Shown one piece after another: positions 26,118 to 41,147 of a stretch of DNA of 64,000 bases; the stretch's first letter is position 1, and each line of letters starts with the position of its first letter. The stretch spans positions 60,388,001 to 60,452,000 of the forward strand of contig NC_043004.1 in NCBI RefSeq assembly GCF_006345805.1, written 5' to 3'. The position numbers and the translations under genes were made by a program. The DNA comes from Octopus sinensis. Its lineage: Eukaryota. The notes beneath the pieces are model-generated. The model saw only the letters and a list, made by a program, of their open reading frames with translations. It had not been told where the DNA came from and did no database searches.

Positions 26118-28676
26118 GTACAATGAACAGAGCTTACCTTCCTTGCGGCTGTTTTTCAAGGAATAGCGTGAAGAAACCCCAATGTCAGGAGTAGAGGTTA
26201 ATAATTCTCATATTTTCATTCCTTTTAAAGGCTACAATAGGCGACTGAGGAAATATTTGTTTGAAACGAGGATATTTTTCCGCAACAGGCTCGCATCTGT
26301 CAGGTAACACAATTAAAGTGTCAGCGAAATTTTGGTGTCAGTTTATCACTAATGGAATTCTGTCGGAATGATGTGGATGATTGGAGGGGCGGTGGAGAAA
26401 AGTGTGGGATGGCGTGAGCTTCCGAAAGAACTGTGTCACTATTTTGTCTCCAGAAAACTTAACTTCTGCGTCCAAAAATTCAACGCTAGTTTTTGAAAAA
26501 AAAAGACATAAATGTCGGACTTAAAGCCATAATTTTTAGTATAAAAGTCACAGAAATGTTCTTGTGTCTGTGTGTACATATACATTGGGTGAGAAATTTC
26601 GTCTACTATTGTCTGTTTTCTGGCAAAACTACTGCCATTGATTTTCAAAACATAACCATCGCAATTATATTCTTTTCATGAAAAGGAGTGCACTTTTAAA
26701 AGAACAAGCTATCTGGAAGTATTTCAAAGCATTCACTAAATTATTAAACAATCTCTTATTGACCAAGCTTCCCCACAAGATTTATAATTCAATCATTTAT
26801 TTAATTTGATGTATATATCAAGTTTAAACTCAAAATTATCAAAGTCATATTATTGTTCTGGATAACGTAACAGTACAGAATAAAAGCAATTTTGTTATTA
26901 AATATACTTATAATGATATGGTGTTAAAAGCCAGATGACACACGTTTTCGCTCTACAATAATGCAGAACACAGAAGCGAGTTTTCAATAATGCAAATTTG
27001 TACTGAATTGTATTCAGACTTACAGTAAGAAAATACTTTGATGTCTTAAGGTAGATGAAATGATTGATATAATCGCGCGTTCATTAACGTTTTAACTCGT
27101 AATACAACAGAATGAAAATAAGCATACGACATGTGATAAATATTAAAAGCCCAATAACACGAAGATTAATAACATCAAAGTTCTAATGCAGTCGTCGAAA
27201 ATTGTACAATAACAAATATTATTTGTGTTTATTTTAATTTACGCGTCGTATTTAATTTTTCATTTGTTAAAAGTAGTGAAAAGTTTGTAATAAGTGTTAC
27301 TGTGGTATGTGCAGCGAATCTTATAATAGTTTAATATTGTTGTATGTTTGCAATTGAAAACTTGAAGCCAGTAGTCAGTTGAAATATGTTACATTTCTGT
27401 GGTTGCTACTTCTTTGCACTACGACAAAAGTGATATTGAACTGGTACCCGTAACTACTGAAGTATTTACAAGGAATATGGTAAAGCGATTTAAGAGATCT
27501 GGTCTTGCGCTTTGCGTTCTGAATGCAACGCCTGCGACGGCCCTGATACCAAACTCCATTACCCGAAGCCTTTAGCCTTTCCTGTGGTTTCGTGGATCAG
27601 AGAGGCTTGCATGTGCTGGCCATACCAGTTTTCCTAAGAAAAATCTTGCCTAGACCATCGCTTAATCCCGTTGATGCATTGTCAATATCCACCGATAGAG
27701 ACTACGAGTTTTGTGACTTCAATGCAAACAGATGCTTTCGGAACCGTAATCTTTGGATTTTTAAACGCCCTGCGCTCATCTGTAGCTAAATCCCTATCAA
27801 TATTCCGTCAATCAAGTTTCCAGCTGCTTTCTCACCTCCATATCTTCATGGATGGCTGTCCGTTTCCGAAACCCAAAGAAACAAACCTGAATGATCATCT
27901 CTCTAGAAGCAAATGGGAGAGATATGATGTATAAACTTCTTAAATTAGCGTGGACGTTGTATCAGAATATTTTAAGAAACAAAACAAAATATCTGTAAGA
28001 TAGAAACTCAATACGCAAATGACGTGAGTTGTGAAAATGCTTTTATACTCACAAGTTAAACAGTTCGTATTGTAAGAATTGAGAGAGTAATACAATATTC
28101 AAAATGATGTCTCTAAAATAAATATTGAACATGTGTTTCTCTAACAGACATATTATACGTTTATACAATAAACATTCATCATTTCGTCGGCAATTCAACT
28201 GCAAGTAAATGTTTAATACGAAGCAAGATATAGCATTTATTACACGCTAAGGAATATACATCATATCGCCGGTACACATACGCATGCACACACACACACA
28301 CACGCATACACGCATACACACATACACAAATACACACACATTCTCACTCTTTCTCTCTCTCTCCCTCTCTCTCTAATACACACACACACAAACTAAACCA
28401 CAATGATACAGCGAACGATAATACAAAAAATGGATATTTATAATGAGAAAATGAAATAATTTTTCTTCATTTTAAACATTTGTTCAGATATGAAATTGCT
28501 AAAATAATGACGGAAATTTGTTATATAAAGGTATAAATCCATTATGGAACAGTTATTGAAATAAATCTTTAAAGACACACCCACACACACTCTCTCTCTG
28601 TCTCCCTCGCTCCCATTCTTTCTTTCTCTGTCTGTCTGTCTGTCTGTCTCTCTCGCTCTCGCTGTATATATATATA

Positions 28677-29070
28677 TCTTTTATATAAAAGTGAAGTTTT
28701 AGATTCCTAACTACGATTTAGATTCCTAACTACTCCCACATTTTGCGGTGCAGTGTAACCAAAACCGGGTATCTTATAGTCGTGATTCATATCGAGCCCA
28801 TCTGGGTATTAGCGTGCGTCTACGATGAGTCTACGATAAAAAAAAAACTACCATCATTTTTTCCCATTTTTAATGCATTTTTTGCTATTATATAAGGGAA
28901 GTAACTCTTTAAAAATGTATTATTAAATCTCAGAACGTAAAAAGCTACAGTAAGACCCCCCCCTTTGCGGTTAGCCATATTGAGATGGCTATTATACTCT
29001 TTACATCTCTAAAAATGCTTATATAATTATTTCCCTTACAAACCCGAGCAACGCCGGGCGATACTGCTAG
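28677..29070 (+). mobile_element. Non-autonomous Helitron
   Basis: 5' TC follows A. A subterminal hairpin CCCG-agcaacgc-CGGG precedes a 3' CTAG followed by T. No TSD and no ORF. Confidence 0.75.
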
Positions 29071-29079
29071 TATATATAT

Positions 29080-29126
<47 letters not shown>

Positions 29127-30333
29127 ATGAATAAAAAAATGAAAAATCGACAAGAAAAAAGACAACAACGTTGTACATGCAAATTATTAATAAGACGCTC
29201 AGGGAAGGAAATAAACGGTGTTTTTCGTTTCGAACAATACTCTTCTTCAGAAACAGGAGACAGAGTATAATCAAAAAGAAAAGGAACACGGAGAAAAAAT
29301 TCGCCAACAATCTACATGTAGTGACATTTAGGAATGACCGGAAGGGGTTGGACATGGAAAGAGTACTTTGTAAGACAAGAGAGTGTAAGAAAAGAAGGTA
29401 TTTGTATGTATGTGTAGCTACGTGCGCACGCGTATGTGTGATAGCATATGTGTGTGTGAGTGTACTTTTTATCAATGATGTAGGAAGAATTCAGCAGCTA
29501 CGGTAACAGAACTGATATATGCGTGTGTGCGCGTATGTGTGTGTGTGTGAATGTGAAACAAAAGAAGGAAAATGCACATAGTTTATATTGTATAAATATA
29601 TTTTAAAATAAATTTTATAAATGAAAGTATATTGTGTTTGTCAATCGGCTTTGCTTTCGCTAATCATGACATTGAAATAATTGTAATTTCGTATTTTCTT
29701 AAGAAGATTGTAGTCCATGTTGTGTGTGGAAATGTTTGTGAATGAATGATTCAATAAGTAGAAAAATCTAAGAGGAGGTAATTAGTAATCGTTATTATTA
29801 GTAACAGGGACATAATTGCTCATCTTTCGGGGAGGGGATAAATAAATGAATATATATACAAATCTCAAATGCTAATGTAGTGAGAGAAAATAAATACAGT
29901 GCTGGGTATGTGAACATGAATTAAAATGTATATTGAGAACAAACTTGGTTATGTGTTCATATTCAGAGGTGTTTTGTATTTTTCGATGAACAAAGTTTTT
30001 TCTATTTAAACGAACGTACTTGTACAGAAATTGATTCTTTGTACTGGTAGATGGAGAAAAAGGTGAAGTTTGGTTGGATATTACATGCACATCTCTCTAT
30101 ATGTTCGCTTAAAGGAATCGGTCTGTATTGCAAGGACCGGATATGCTCCTTATGTAGTGCGGTTCTCCGTCCCAGTGTCATACGTGTTTGTCTTATATAG
30201 TTATGTCCACAACCTGAACGAGTTTAAAATTTCCCTTTTTGTTACTATATATATGTATATATATACAGGGAGAGAGATACTTACGTGGAAGTATATCTGT
30301 ATCTAACTGTACATAATTATATCTATATATATG

Positions 30334-30456
<123 letters not shown>

Positions 30457-30592
30457 AATACAGTGTACTTTCAAACACATGAGATCACCATAATAGGATA
30501 TCTGACTCACTAGAAGGGGCAGTTAAATCTCCAAGCCACTAATAGTTGCAATTCTGAAAGGGAATAAAAAATAAAAACATTTACCCTATTTT

Positions 30593-30676
30593 TCCTAGAC
30601 TATGCATAGTTTCTGCAATCTTACATCAATTAAGATAAACTTTAAATTTATATCTGGCACTGATTCGTCAGTAGGA
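30593..30676 (-). ncRNA. Type I hammerhead ribozyme motif
   Basis: Minus strand reads TCCTA-CTGACGA-...TTGCA-GAAA-CTATGCATAG-TC-TAGGA, with perfect palindromic stem III ACTATGCATAGT and a 5-bp stem I. Stem II pairing is weak in this copy. Confidence 0.75.
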
Positions 30677-31074
30677 TGCCAGGGATCAACATATAGATAC
30701 TGGGCGATAAGTAACATGGCACGTGTCTATATGCAATATTTTTTTCGATTCTTCCGCACAATTGCAGAACTATCCGGCAGTAAATATATAAATTGCCGAT
30801 TTTCTTTCAGAATTAGCCAAAAACCTTTTATCATTAATCTTATGGTAGCAAAAATATTTCTAGAAAAATTCTATGTTACCAGTGGTCTAGCGAGAAGGAA
30901 AAATTTAGTCAATAGACTATACATTATTCATAGAAGAATGCATTGTATATTCAAACACATAAGAGATAACCAATAATAGGATATCTGACTCGCGTGGAGG
31001 ATTCGAAAAAATTATAACATGTCGACACGTGGCATGTTACTTATCGCCCAGTATCTATATGTTGATCCCTGTCA

Positions 31075-31158
31075 TCCTACTGACGAAGCAGCGCCAGATA
31101 TAACTTAAAATTTTATTTTAATTTATATAAGATTGCAGAAACCATGCATAGTCTAGGA
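31075..31158 (+). ncRNA. Type I hammerhead ribozyme motif
   Basis: CTGACGA 31080-31086; GCAG/TTGC at the base of stem II; GAAA 31138-31141; GUC 31151-31153; stem I TCCTA/TAGGA; one mismatch in stem III. Confidence 0.75.
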
Positions 31159-31445
31159 AAAATAGGGTAAATGTCTTTATTTTTCATTCCCTTTCAGAAT
31201 TGTAACTATTAGTGGCTTGGAGTTTTAACTGCTCTTTCTAGTAAGTCAGATATCCTATTATTGGTTATTTCTTACGTGTTTGAATGTACACTGTATTCTT
31301 CTAGGAATAACGTATAGTCTATTGACTAAATTTTTCGTTCTCGCTAGACAACTGGTAACAAAGAATTTTTCTATAAATATTTTTGCTACCCTAAGATTAT
31401 TTAACATATATATATATGTATATATATATATGTGTATATATATAT

Positions 31446-31485
<40 letters not shown>

Positions 31486-32345
31486 GTATATATATGTGTG
31501 TGTGTATATATATATTCTAATTGAATTGAAACTGAATCTATGTGCCTAGAATTTTGCATCACTAATACACTAATTTCTTGGTGCCATGTCATAGATTATT
31601 GGTGTAATTCATTTTTAATGCCTACTTGTAGTATGATTTAAGCATATATTCACTAGTATTTTCAACTAAATATTTTACTTTAATCTTTCAGCAAATAAAT
31701 AATTTTGAATGTTAAATATTCTTTTGAATTTTGTAACAGTAAAAATTATAATATATCAGTGCAACTTATATGTAGAAATATTTATTACGATTCAAAGCCC
31801 TAGATCAATATCTAAATGCATAACTGACAACACATTCTATCAATAACTATCTTGGTTTTCTTTGTACATTGTATAGAATTTTGAATATTATAACTTTAGA
31901 AATTCAGATATATGAAATGACTGGAAAATATTAACGCTAAATTGTATTAGTTATTATAGCGCCAAATTGTATTACGAGCATTAGCGCAGTTTCTTTCGTC
32001 TGATAAATAACTATGAACTATAAAAGATAATTCTACATTATACAGAATTTAAGTTTCATTCGACATGTTTGGAGTTACTGTTGAATGTATGTTTAAGTTC
32101 AAATGCCAGAGGAATTTAAACATCAACTATATCGGTTCGATGTAAATGACGAGTAAGTGACAACAATAGCGTTAATTAAATACAGCTAGTATTGATCTAA
32201 ACATTTGTAGATCTTAAAATTGTTAGCTTTCTGTTAGAAAAGTCCCCATAGTATGCATTGAATATGGATTTACACATTTCAACTTATTACATGAAATTGG
32301 ACGGATATTACCGATTGATAAAATTAATGTTTCTTACACACATAC

Positions 32346-32400
<55 letters not shown>

Positions 32401-32540
32401 AATACATATATATATACATGTATATACATATATGTATATATGTATGTGTGTGTATATATAATATATATATATATGTATGTATGTATGTATATACGTATGC
32501 ATATATGCATATGTATATAATATATATATATATGCATATG

Positions 32541-32588
<48 letters not shown>

Positions 32589-32666
32589 ACACGTATGTAA
32601 ATATATATATACATAGATATAGATATACATGTATATCACCACCACTATGTATATATGTATACATAA

Positions 32667-32707
<41 letters not shown>

Positions 32708-34955
32708 TTTATATATATATATAAATATACATATATCTTTATCTACATACATATACATACATATGTAGTTACACATACATGCATGAATACATATTGCTTA
32801 TATTTGTGTATGTATAAGCCTGCCTGTGAAAGGTTAATTATCTATGTATAGGTATACAGAGATAGATATTATATCACATTTATTAGGCGGAAACCCTTTG
32901 GCAACGAGCGATAAATATGAGTATCTTATGATTATAACATAATTTGAAAAATAAAAAAAATTGTGGGACACCAACTGGTGACTTGAGGCAACTTGTCTTC
33001 GACTGTACTGCATCTACTGCAACATTGCACATCTAAGTAATGATTTCCTATATAGGTGTAAAGCCTTAGGCAAGTTAATTTTCGCATCTTTCCCAGAGAC
33101 ACGACGTGACGCGTGAAATAGCATTCATAACACCCACCCGGCCAATAGCGTTAAGCTAAGTTTCCGAGTTATAAAACGCACATGGTTTATACATGCAGAC
33201 AGGGATACACACACACACAGACACACGCACTCACACACACACACACTGACAGATATATATGCATGCACATACTGAATACATATACATATGTTCAGGTGTA
33301 CTTGCATGAGTCACACAAATTCAAGAATAAACACGCAGATAAATGATATATGCACGTGAATATATACACATATATAGATAAATATATATATATATATGGG
33401 TATGTGGGCGTGTGCTGTGTGCATGTATGTGTGTATATATGTATGCATATATGTATGCATCTATGCATGTATGTATATATATTGCCAGAGTAGATTATGC
33501 TTTCTGATACCTACGAAAGTTTAACATGCAATATGTTTGTTCATTTGATTTTTTGTTCTTCAATTTAGAAAATAAAAAAAAAACTATATTTCTACTAGAC
33601 ACTCTGAATTCAATTCAAGTTCATTTCAAAAAATAAAACTTTAATATACAACTGTCCAAGGTTTTTTTATTTAAAATATTATTGACGCTCTAAAATCTTA
33701 CGCAACCATTCCTTTTCCTACTTCTCAAGTAGCCTACTGTTGTTTGGTAGATTATGAAGCGTATAAGTCTGTTATAGTATTATAATTGAGGTGTGAGATA
33801 GTTAAGCAGAAAAAAAAAAACGGTTCTCTGAAGTCAACCCCACCGATTTTTTGCTTTGATACTTTTGGGATCAGCTATCAAAACAAATACAAGGCATGGA
33901 GTTGGTCGAATTGATAGATCATCTGGCAAGATATCTTGCTGTATATGTTCCGTGTCTTGTGTTCCGATAATAACGCCCTTGTCCCTTTTGCTGGACATTA
34001 CCTTGGTTTTCCTCAATGATGTGGAGAAACTTGCGCATATCATCAACTGCTGCTCTCTTACGAAAAGTACATCTTCCTTAGGCCTACACGTGTATATGCA
34101 AATACATAGTGAAAACTTAACCAAGGGAAGCCCCTGGTTTCGTACACATTTAAACAACCAATGAACATAAATTTGTTCCATAATCGGATATTTCTTATTT
34201 AGTGTCGATATCACTAGTGCGTTGGCATTACTTATTGATATATTACACATAAACATGCAATACAATCAACGGTAACTTCGCCTGCAAGAAAAAGAAAACA
34301 ATTGCCAGCTAGTCCATAGATCATGACTTACTGTCTTACAAAAATTAATTCTAGATTAACATGTTCTGGCAATGAAGAAGACAGGATGCTCGTACTGAAA
34401 TTTATTTAATCAACACAATGCGTAACAGGCTTTCATGTCCGGTTAGTGAATATTATATCAGTAATACTTTTAAAACCTGAATACATCTGCTAGTTGCCAA
34501 CGACGTACGCTCTGTATTTCCTCAAAGCCCTGATTCATTCGAGCAAATAGTATTTCATTTACTATAGCAGAAGATACACTGCTATTTTGCTCTCTCCTAT
34601 TGAAAGATTTCTAGACACACACCAGTCATGATTCAGAAAATACAAGGCGTACCCTATTACAATGAATGTCACACATACATCGATTCACAATTAATGATTT
34701 AAATCATTTAAGCGCGGTCATGCTGGGGCAACCTCTTTCATGCAATTTTCTAGGTTATTAACATGCATGATTCTATTAGACATATATTCCATCGGTATCT
34801 CGTGTGGAGTGAATAACAATATATTGTTGAACGCATTAACTCTGATTACACGCACACACACTCACTAACACACGTACACACACACACACACACACTAGCA
34901 CACACGCAGAAGCACACGCACACACAATCACACTCGCACATACACATAAGTAGAC

Positions 34956-34964
<9 letters not shown>

Positions 34965-35021
<57 letters not shown>

Positions 35022-35298
35022 GTAGGTAGGTATGTAGGTAGGTAGGTATGTAGGTAGGTAGGTATGTAGGTAGGTAGGTAGGTAGCTAGCTAGCTAGCTA
35101 GATAGATAGATAGATACATAGATAGATGATAGATAGATAATAGATAGATAGATAGATAGGTAGGTAGGTAGGTAGGGTAGGTAGGTAGGGGTAGATAGAT
35201 AGATAGATAATAGAATAGATAGATAGATAGATTATAGATAGATAGATAGGTAGGTAGGTAGGTATGTAGGTAGGTAGGTAGGTAGGTAGGTAGGTAGG

Positions 35299-35383
<85 letters not shown>

Positions 35384-35880
35384 GGTTGGATGGATGGATG
35401 GATGGATGGATGGATGGATGGATGGATGGATGGATGGATGGAGAGACATACCATCTGCTACATATCTGACGCAATGTGACATACTGCTATCAACGTCGAT
35501 GATGATGATGATGACGATGATGATGACGACTACGACGACGACGGCTATGATTATGAGGGTGGTGGAGATAGTTATTGTTGTTGTTTTTGGTGGTGGTGGT
35601 GGGTGCAACGATAATGATGCTGACGACGATGCTGACGTAGATGATGAAGTTGGTGGTGGTGATGGTGGTGATGTTGGTGTTGATGGTGGTGTGTTGTTGT
35701 TGTTGGTGGTGGTGGTGTTGGTGGTGGTGGTGTTGGTGGTGGTGTTGGTGGTGGTGGTGGTGGTGGTGGTGGTCAAAACAGCTATGATGTCGATGACGAC
35801 AAAATGAACGACGAGGAAGACGACACTGAAAATGCTGACCAGAACAAAGCTGATGATGGTGACGATGCTGATCACCTGAT
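34965..35880. repeat. Compound GATA/GGTA/GGAT tetranucleotide block followed by a GAT/GGT triplet block
   Basis: Direct reading. It is the source of the 261-aa and 131-aa spurious ORFs. Confidence 0.9.
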
Positions 35881-36209
35881 ATCAACTACTCTGCTCGCTG
35901 CACTAAATGTCGAAACAAATAATAAACGAGCTACTCTAAGCCCACCATTGAACGTCTCCAGATTTCAGTCTGAATAGAAAACCGTACGATAAATTTATAT
36001 CACGACGATTTCTATATATATCACGTTCTTTATATACTATTAGACACGATCTGCCATGTATGGTCTCACCAACATTTCAACGACACATTATGGTGTATTC
36101 TTAGTTTCTTTCCTCTTCCTTAATAGTACACACAAATGCGCACGCCTGTCTGTGTGCGTCCGTTATATCCGAGTACACATAGATACATCACTACATGCAT
36201 ATATATATA

Positions 36210-36328
<119 letters not shown>

Positions 36329-36465
36329 GATATAATATATGTGTGTGTGTGAGTATATATATATATCTTGTGTATATGTAAATATGCTTGGGTATTGAGG
36401 TGTGTGGTTGTGTGTATATATACATTTACTTATATGTGCATCTTCTCTCCATATATGTATATATG

Positions 36466-36508
<43 letters not shown>

Positions 36509-39179
36509 ATTATATATTATATGTGGGGGGGTATGTGTGTGTACGTTTGTTTGTACGCATACTTAAAAGTGTCCTTACACATATACATTCATTATACATA
36601 ATATCTTGTTTTCTTGAAGAAGTGATAAATAGTGTCTAAATCGTGACTTCTTTGTTCCACACTTTTATAGGATGTTACCGTGGTTGTGTAAAGTCTAAGA
36701 CTATACAGAATAGACACATGTTCGATCTATTCTGTTGATTAAAGGTTTCTTTACAGTAAACATGTTCGTCTTTTTGTCGCCGGTTTTTTTCAACTAGTTG
36801 AATCAAAGTTAATATGTTGCATCTATAGCAGACGAAAGCTTTTTCTTGTTTGAACACAATGGTTGTCTATGTAACGCATATATGAATAAAGATGTACTTG
36901 AACAGATATATGGCGTAACAGAAGTTGGTGTAAGTACAACTTGCCAGGGAGAAATTCCTCTTAAATCCTTAAATCTTTAAAAATGATTTAGCCCGAAAGC
37001 CGCGGCCATGTTGGGGCACCACCTCTTAAAAATATTTTTCTCGAAAGTTACTAATACTATGTGATGTTCATGCAGCTGAATTCAAATTAAGGGTGAATGT
37101 TGTGGAAAGCACTAGATATTGCACGTATTATGTGTGTTCTTGAGTTTTAGAGATAAAAAATAAGGAACGTTTAGTTTATCAGCTAATTAAGAGAAACACA
37201 TTTAATGAGATGTGAAATGAAATGTGAATTATTGTTTTTCTCTGTTTTCATTTCTGCTTTAATCAAATTTTAATTATAAAGCATGAGCAGATCAACGATT
37301 CAAGACTCAATCACAATAGCCGTTTCCTCAAAAAAAAAAAAGAAAAGAAAAGAAAGAAAGAAGTAAAATAGACTTGGCTTCCGACTGAAAACTATGTGAT
37401 ACAGAAAGTCAGAGCAGAGGACAGTAATGGGAAAAGCAAAAGAAAGTATGTTAAATTACAAGGCGAAATATATTATTAAAAACGTTAGTAATTATAGTAT
37501 AGTGATCATATTTAACATATAGTCATGATATAATTAGAACTTGTATATATTATAGTACTGCAAAAACATGCTTTCCTTCTTTTAGGCATCCTCTTTTCAC
37601 TCCTCACGTCTTGGCTTCGTTACTACTACGAAGCAACAATAATATCTCTAAGCGGTCGTTTAGTCTGTCAGAAATAGCAGCCAAATTTACGTCGTTATAG
37701 AGAATACAAGATAATTTGAACAACGCAATCCTTAAGTAGTCAAACAGGAAGCTGCTTTTCATTGGCATATGCAAAAGACAAATTGCAGCTCACATGGTAT
37801 TTTCTGCGTTTTTCTAAAATATTCAGAACATGTCTTTATCTCAGAAACCAGAGGCAAATGCTTACAACGAGGATCAATTTGTGCGGTGATAAACGATTGA
37901 GCGCTGGACACTGAACCTGTTTTGGAAATATCATGTTTCAGTACTGGAGGCAAGTATTCATACATGTACATACGCGAAGAAGTATAAACATACAAATAGA
38001 GAGCTCGAAGGTAAAAGGGAGGAAGGTGAGAAAGAGAAACGTGAAAACGTTTGATGGCATACAATTCAGCGTTGAAGAGATGATGCTGAAATGGCTCTGC
38101 CAAAAACATGTCATACCCCAGTCTGTGATGTTAAGTTTAGAGACAGATTAATTTAGCCAATTTAATTTAGCAATGCTTGACCAGGACTGGTGTTGAGCCT
38201 CAAACACCTAATAAGTTACCTAACACTCTGCTGTTGGCTCCTTATCTGCTATATCTATTTCACTATGGCTCTTCCGTCTTGACTATATTTTCTAGAGGCC
38301 CCTAAATTGCACCGTAAATTGCACTGATGATGATGGCGATGATTCATCGCAAAAAATTCAGCATTAATCATATTCAAAATACTAGGTTTAAAATTATTTT
38401 GGCTTGTACAACTCATATCAATCCTAATGATAACAGATATTTCTACAGGCATGTTGACATACGTTTAGCCGTGAAGATGTCATAAATTTTAACCACCCGC
38501 AAACAAGCATATACTTATGCACGCATAGATACTCACATTTAAATGCGCTATTAACAGCATTCACATATATATGCACAGTTAAGCACACGCACATACCTGC
38601 AAACACAGGAACACACAAACAAACATATTCACACATCCCTTAATACAAAGCCATATATATATACATATATATATATATGTATACACAAATCACACGTATA
38701 TATACATAATTCCATCCAAATAAAGAACTGTTTATTTGTGCTGTAATTAAAAAAAAATTTTTTGTCATTCATCATCACATGTTGTGCCATCTAGCGAGCT
38801 TCTAGAGTCAGAAAACAGATCCAAATTTAAATCTGATGTTTAATGTTAAATCTTTAGCGTTAAAAATCAATTAAATGTTCGCTGTTTTCTTTCTTTCTCT
38901 TTTTTTTGATTTTGTTGATTTTATTTTTTGAAATATAAATTGCTGCACAAATTAATGGCTTTGTCCATTGCTATTTCAATCTTCCGCTGTTATTGTTTGT
39001 GGTATTGATGCCGTTGAAGTTGATGGGTTTAGCAGTGCTCTTATTATTCATCTTGTTGTTGCTGTTGTGCCTGATTCACTGCTGTTATTTATGGTTGTTG
39101 TTGATGTAAATGTTGATATTTCTTCTTATCCCTTGCCCTCAGTTGTTGATGTTATTTATTTTGCTCCTGTTGTTATAAT

Positions 39180-39341
39180 TTTCTTCTTCTTCTTCTCCTT
39201 CTTCTTCTTCTTCTTCTTCTTCTTCTTCTTCTTCTTCTTCTTCTTCTTCTTCTTCCTCCTCCTCCTCCTCCTCATTCTTCTTTTTCTTCTTCTTCTTGTC
39301 ATTGTTATTACTATTATTATTATTATCATCATCATCAACAC

Positions 39342-39379
<38 letters not shown>

Positions 39380-39381
39380 CC

Positions 39382-39430
<49 letters not shown>

Positions 39431-39432
39431 CC

Positions 39433-39466
<34 letters not shown>

Positions 39467-39487
39467 TCATCATTATTATTATCATTT
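39180..39487. repeat. Compound CTT/ATT/CAT/CAC triplet repeat
   Basis: Direct reading. Confidence 0.9.
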
Positions 39488-39584
39488 AGATGCTGGCGTA
39501 GTTGTATTGTAAGAAGCTTGCTTCACAATCACACGATTTCACGTGCAGTTTCATTGCACGCCACCTTGGTTAAATGTTTAGAGC

Positions 39585-39770
39585 GGTGAACAGGGAGAGT
39601 CGTTAGCACTCCGGGCAAAACGCTAAGCGGCATTTCGTCCGGTTTTATGCTAGGAGTTCAAATTTCGCCGGGGGCAACTTTACCTGTCAGCCTTTCGGGG
39701 TCGATGATATATAAGTACCAGTTGATTATCGGATTAATGTAATCTACTAGCCCTTCCTCTCCAACCACAA
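39585..39770 (+). mobile_element. SINE family B, diverged
   Basis: GTTAGCAC.CCGGGC.AAA...GAGTTCAAAT...CCTTTCGGGGTCGAT...AAGTACCAGTT. Confidence 0.7.
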
Positions 39771-40156
39771 TTTCAGACCTTGTGTCTATGTTAGATTGAG
39801 AAATGTTACAGCTGTCATTAGGGTGGTGGATTGTCAGTTGTGTCGGAGCTCCTAATAAAATGTATAACGGGTATTCTTCTGGCTCATAAGTATCTGGACC
39901 CAAATACGAATGGACCACTTTAGTTTTCATAGTTTTTCGGTCTAAATATCATTCAAGTATTAGGGCCGAACTAATTGCCTTAAAAAAATCTGCCATCCTC
40001 CTAATTGCTGGCACATTCCTAAATTGGAAAGATTATAGATGTTTTCAATGTGTTGAATTAGAAGAATCTGTAGAGCACCGGGCCAAAAGATTTACAGTAT
40101 TTTCTTAAGAATCTTGACACTAAACACAAATCTCCCTGTGTTCAACTAAGTTGAAA

Positions 40157-40390
40157 GGCGGCGAGCTGGCAGACACGTTAGCAGGCCAGGCGAAATGATT
40201 AGCGATATTTCGTCTGCCACGTTCTGAGTTCAAATTCCGCCAAGGTCGACTTCACCTTTCATCCTTTCGTGGTCGATTAAATAAGTACCGGTTACGTATT
40301 GGGGGTCGGTATAATCGACTTAATCCGTTTGTCTCACCTTGTTTGTCCCCTCTGTGTGTAGCCCCTTGTTGGCAGTAAGGAAATATGTAT
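40157..40390 (+). mobile_element. SINE family B, full length
   Basis: Matches the reverse complement of 2457-2694. Confidence 0.9.
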
Positions 40391-40915
40391 TCAACTCGGT
40401 TTTTTATCCTTGTAGTGTCGATGAAATAAAGTTGATGGTATCGACTAACGCACAACGTCTGATATTGCTGACCTTGCGCCTAAATCATAAAGGATTATCA
40501 TAATGATTCTTTGGTCAAGACTCTTTAGTGCGCTTTACCTGTTTTCCCGCACTCCATTAAGAGAACCTGTACTGTTGTGGTGAAATCATGACACTCATGT
40601 GAGATAGCAAGTCAACTGTCCTAAACCGTATAAATGTCAGTGAGGAACAGTGTGGTGTGCGCAGGTGCTTTGTGAAGACAGTCGTAAAAGTCGTTGAGAA
40701 GAGATATTGTTTGTTACGTATTGTTTCTGATTTATATTTGCATCGTTGTAACCTTGTTAAATGTCCACGTTATTAGGTTGCATATAAAGTTCAAAGAAGG
40801 ACATAACAGTGTCGACGAAACACAACATGGACTGATGAATTTGGACTTCATCAGCCCACATCCTGCTGAGGTTGACTTCGTTATACATGACTTCAGAGTC
40901 ACTGAAGTAAGTACC

Positions 40916-41147
40916 TATTTCTTTACTACCCATAAGGGGCTAAACATAGAGGGGACAAACAAGGACAGACAAACGGATTAAGTCGATTACATCGACCCCT
41001 AGTGCGCAACTGGTACTTAATTTATCGACCCCGAAAGGATGAAAGGCAAAGTCAACCTCGGCGGAATTTGAAGTCAGAATGTAACGGCAGATGAAATACG
41101 GCTAGGCATTTCGCCCGGCGTGCTAACGATTCTGCCAGATCGCCGCC
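40916..41147 (-). mobile_element. SINE family B nested in an older family B copy, 15-bp TSD
   Basis: ACTGAAGTAAGTACC at 40901-40915 and 41150-41164. The flanks rejoin as GAGGTTGACTT...AAGTACCAGTTACGCACTG. Confidence 0.85.

Noticed and set aside
33834-34265. 143-aa ORF as a stand-alone gene
   Set aside because: It starts at TTG immediately after a stop, has no recognisable domain and is out of frame with the nearby acceptor.
39930-40130. Possible CR1/L2 RT C-terminal remnant (ESVEHRAKRF)
   Set aside because: The similarity is too weak to call by eye.
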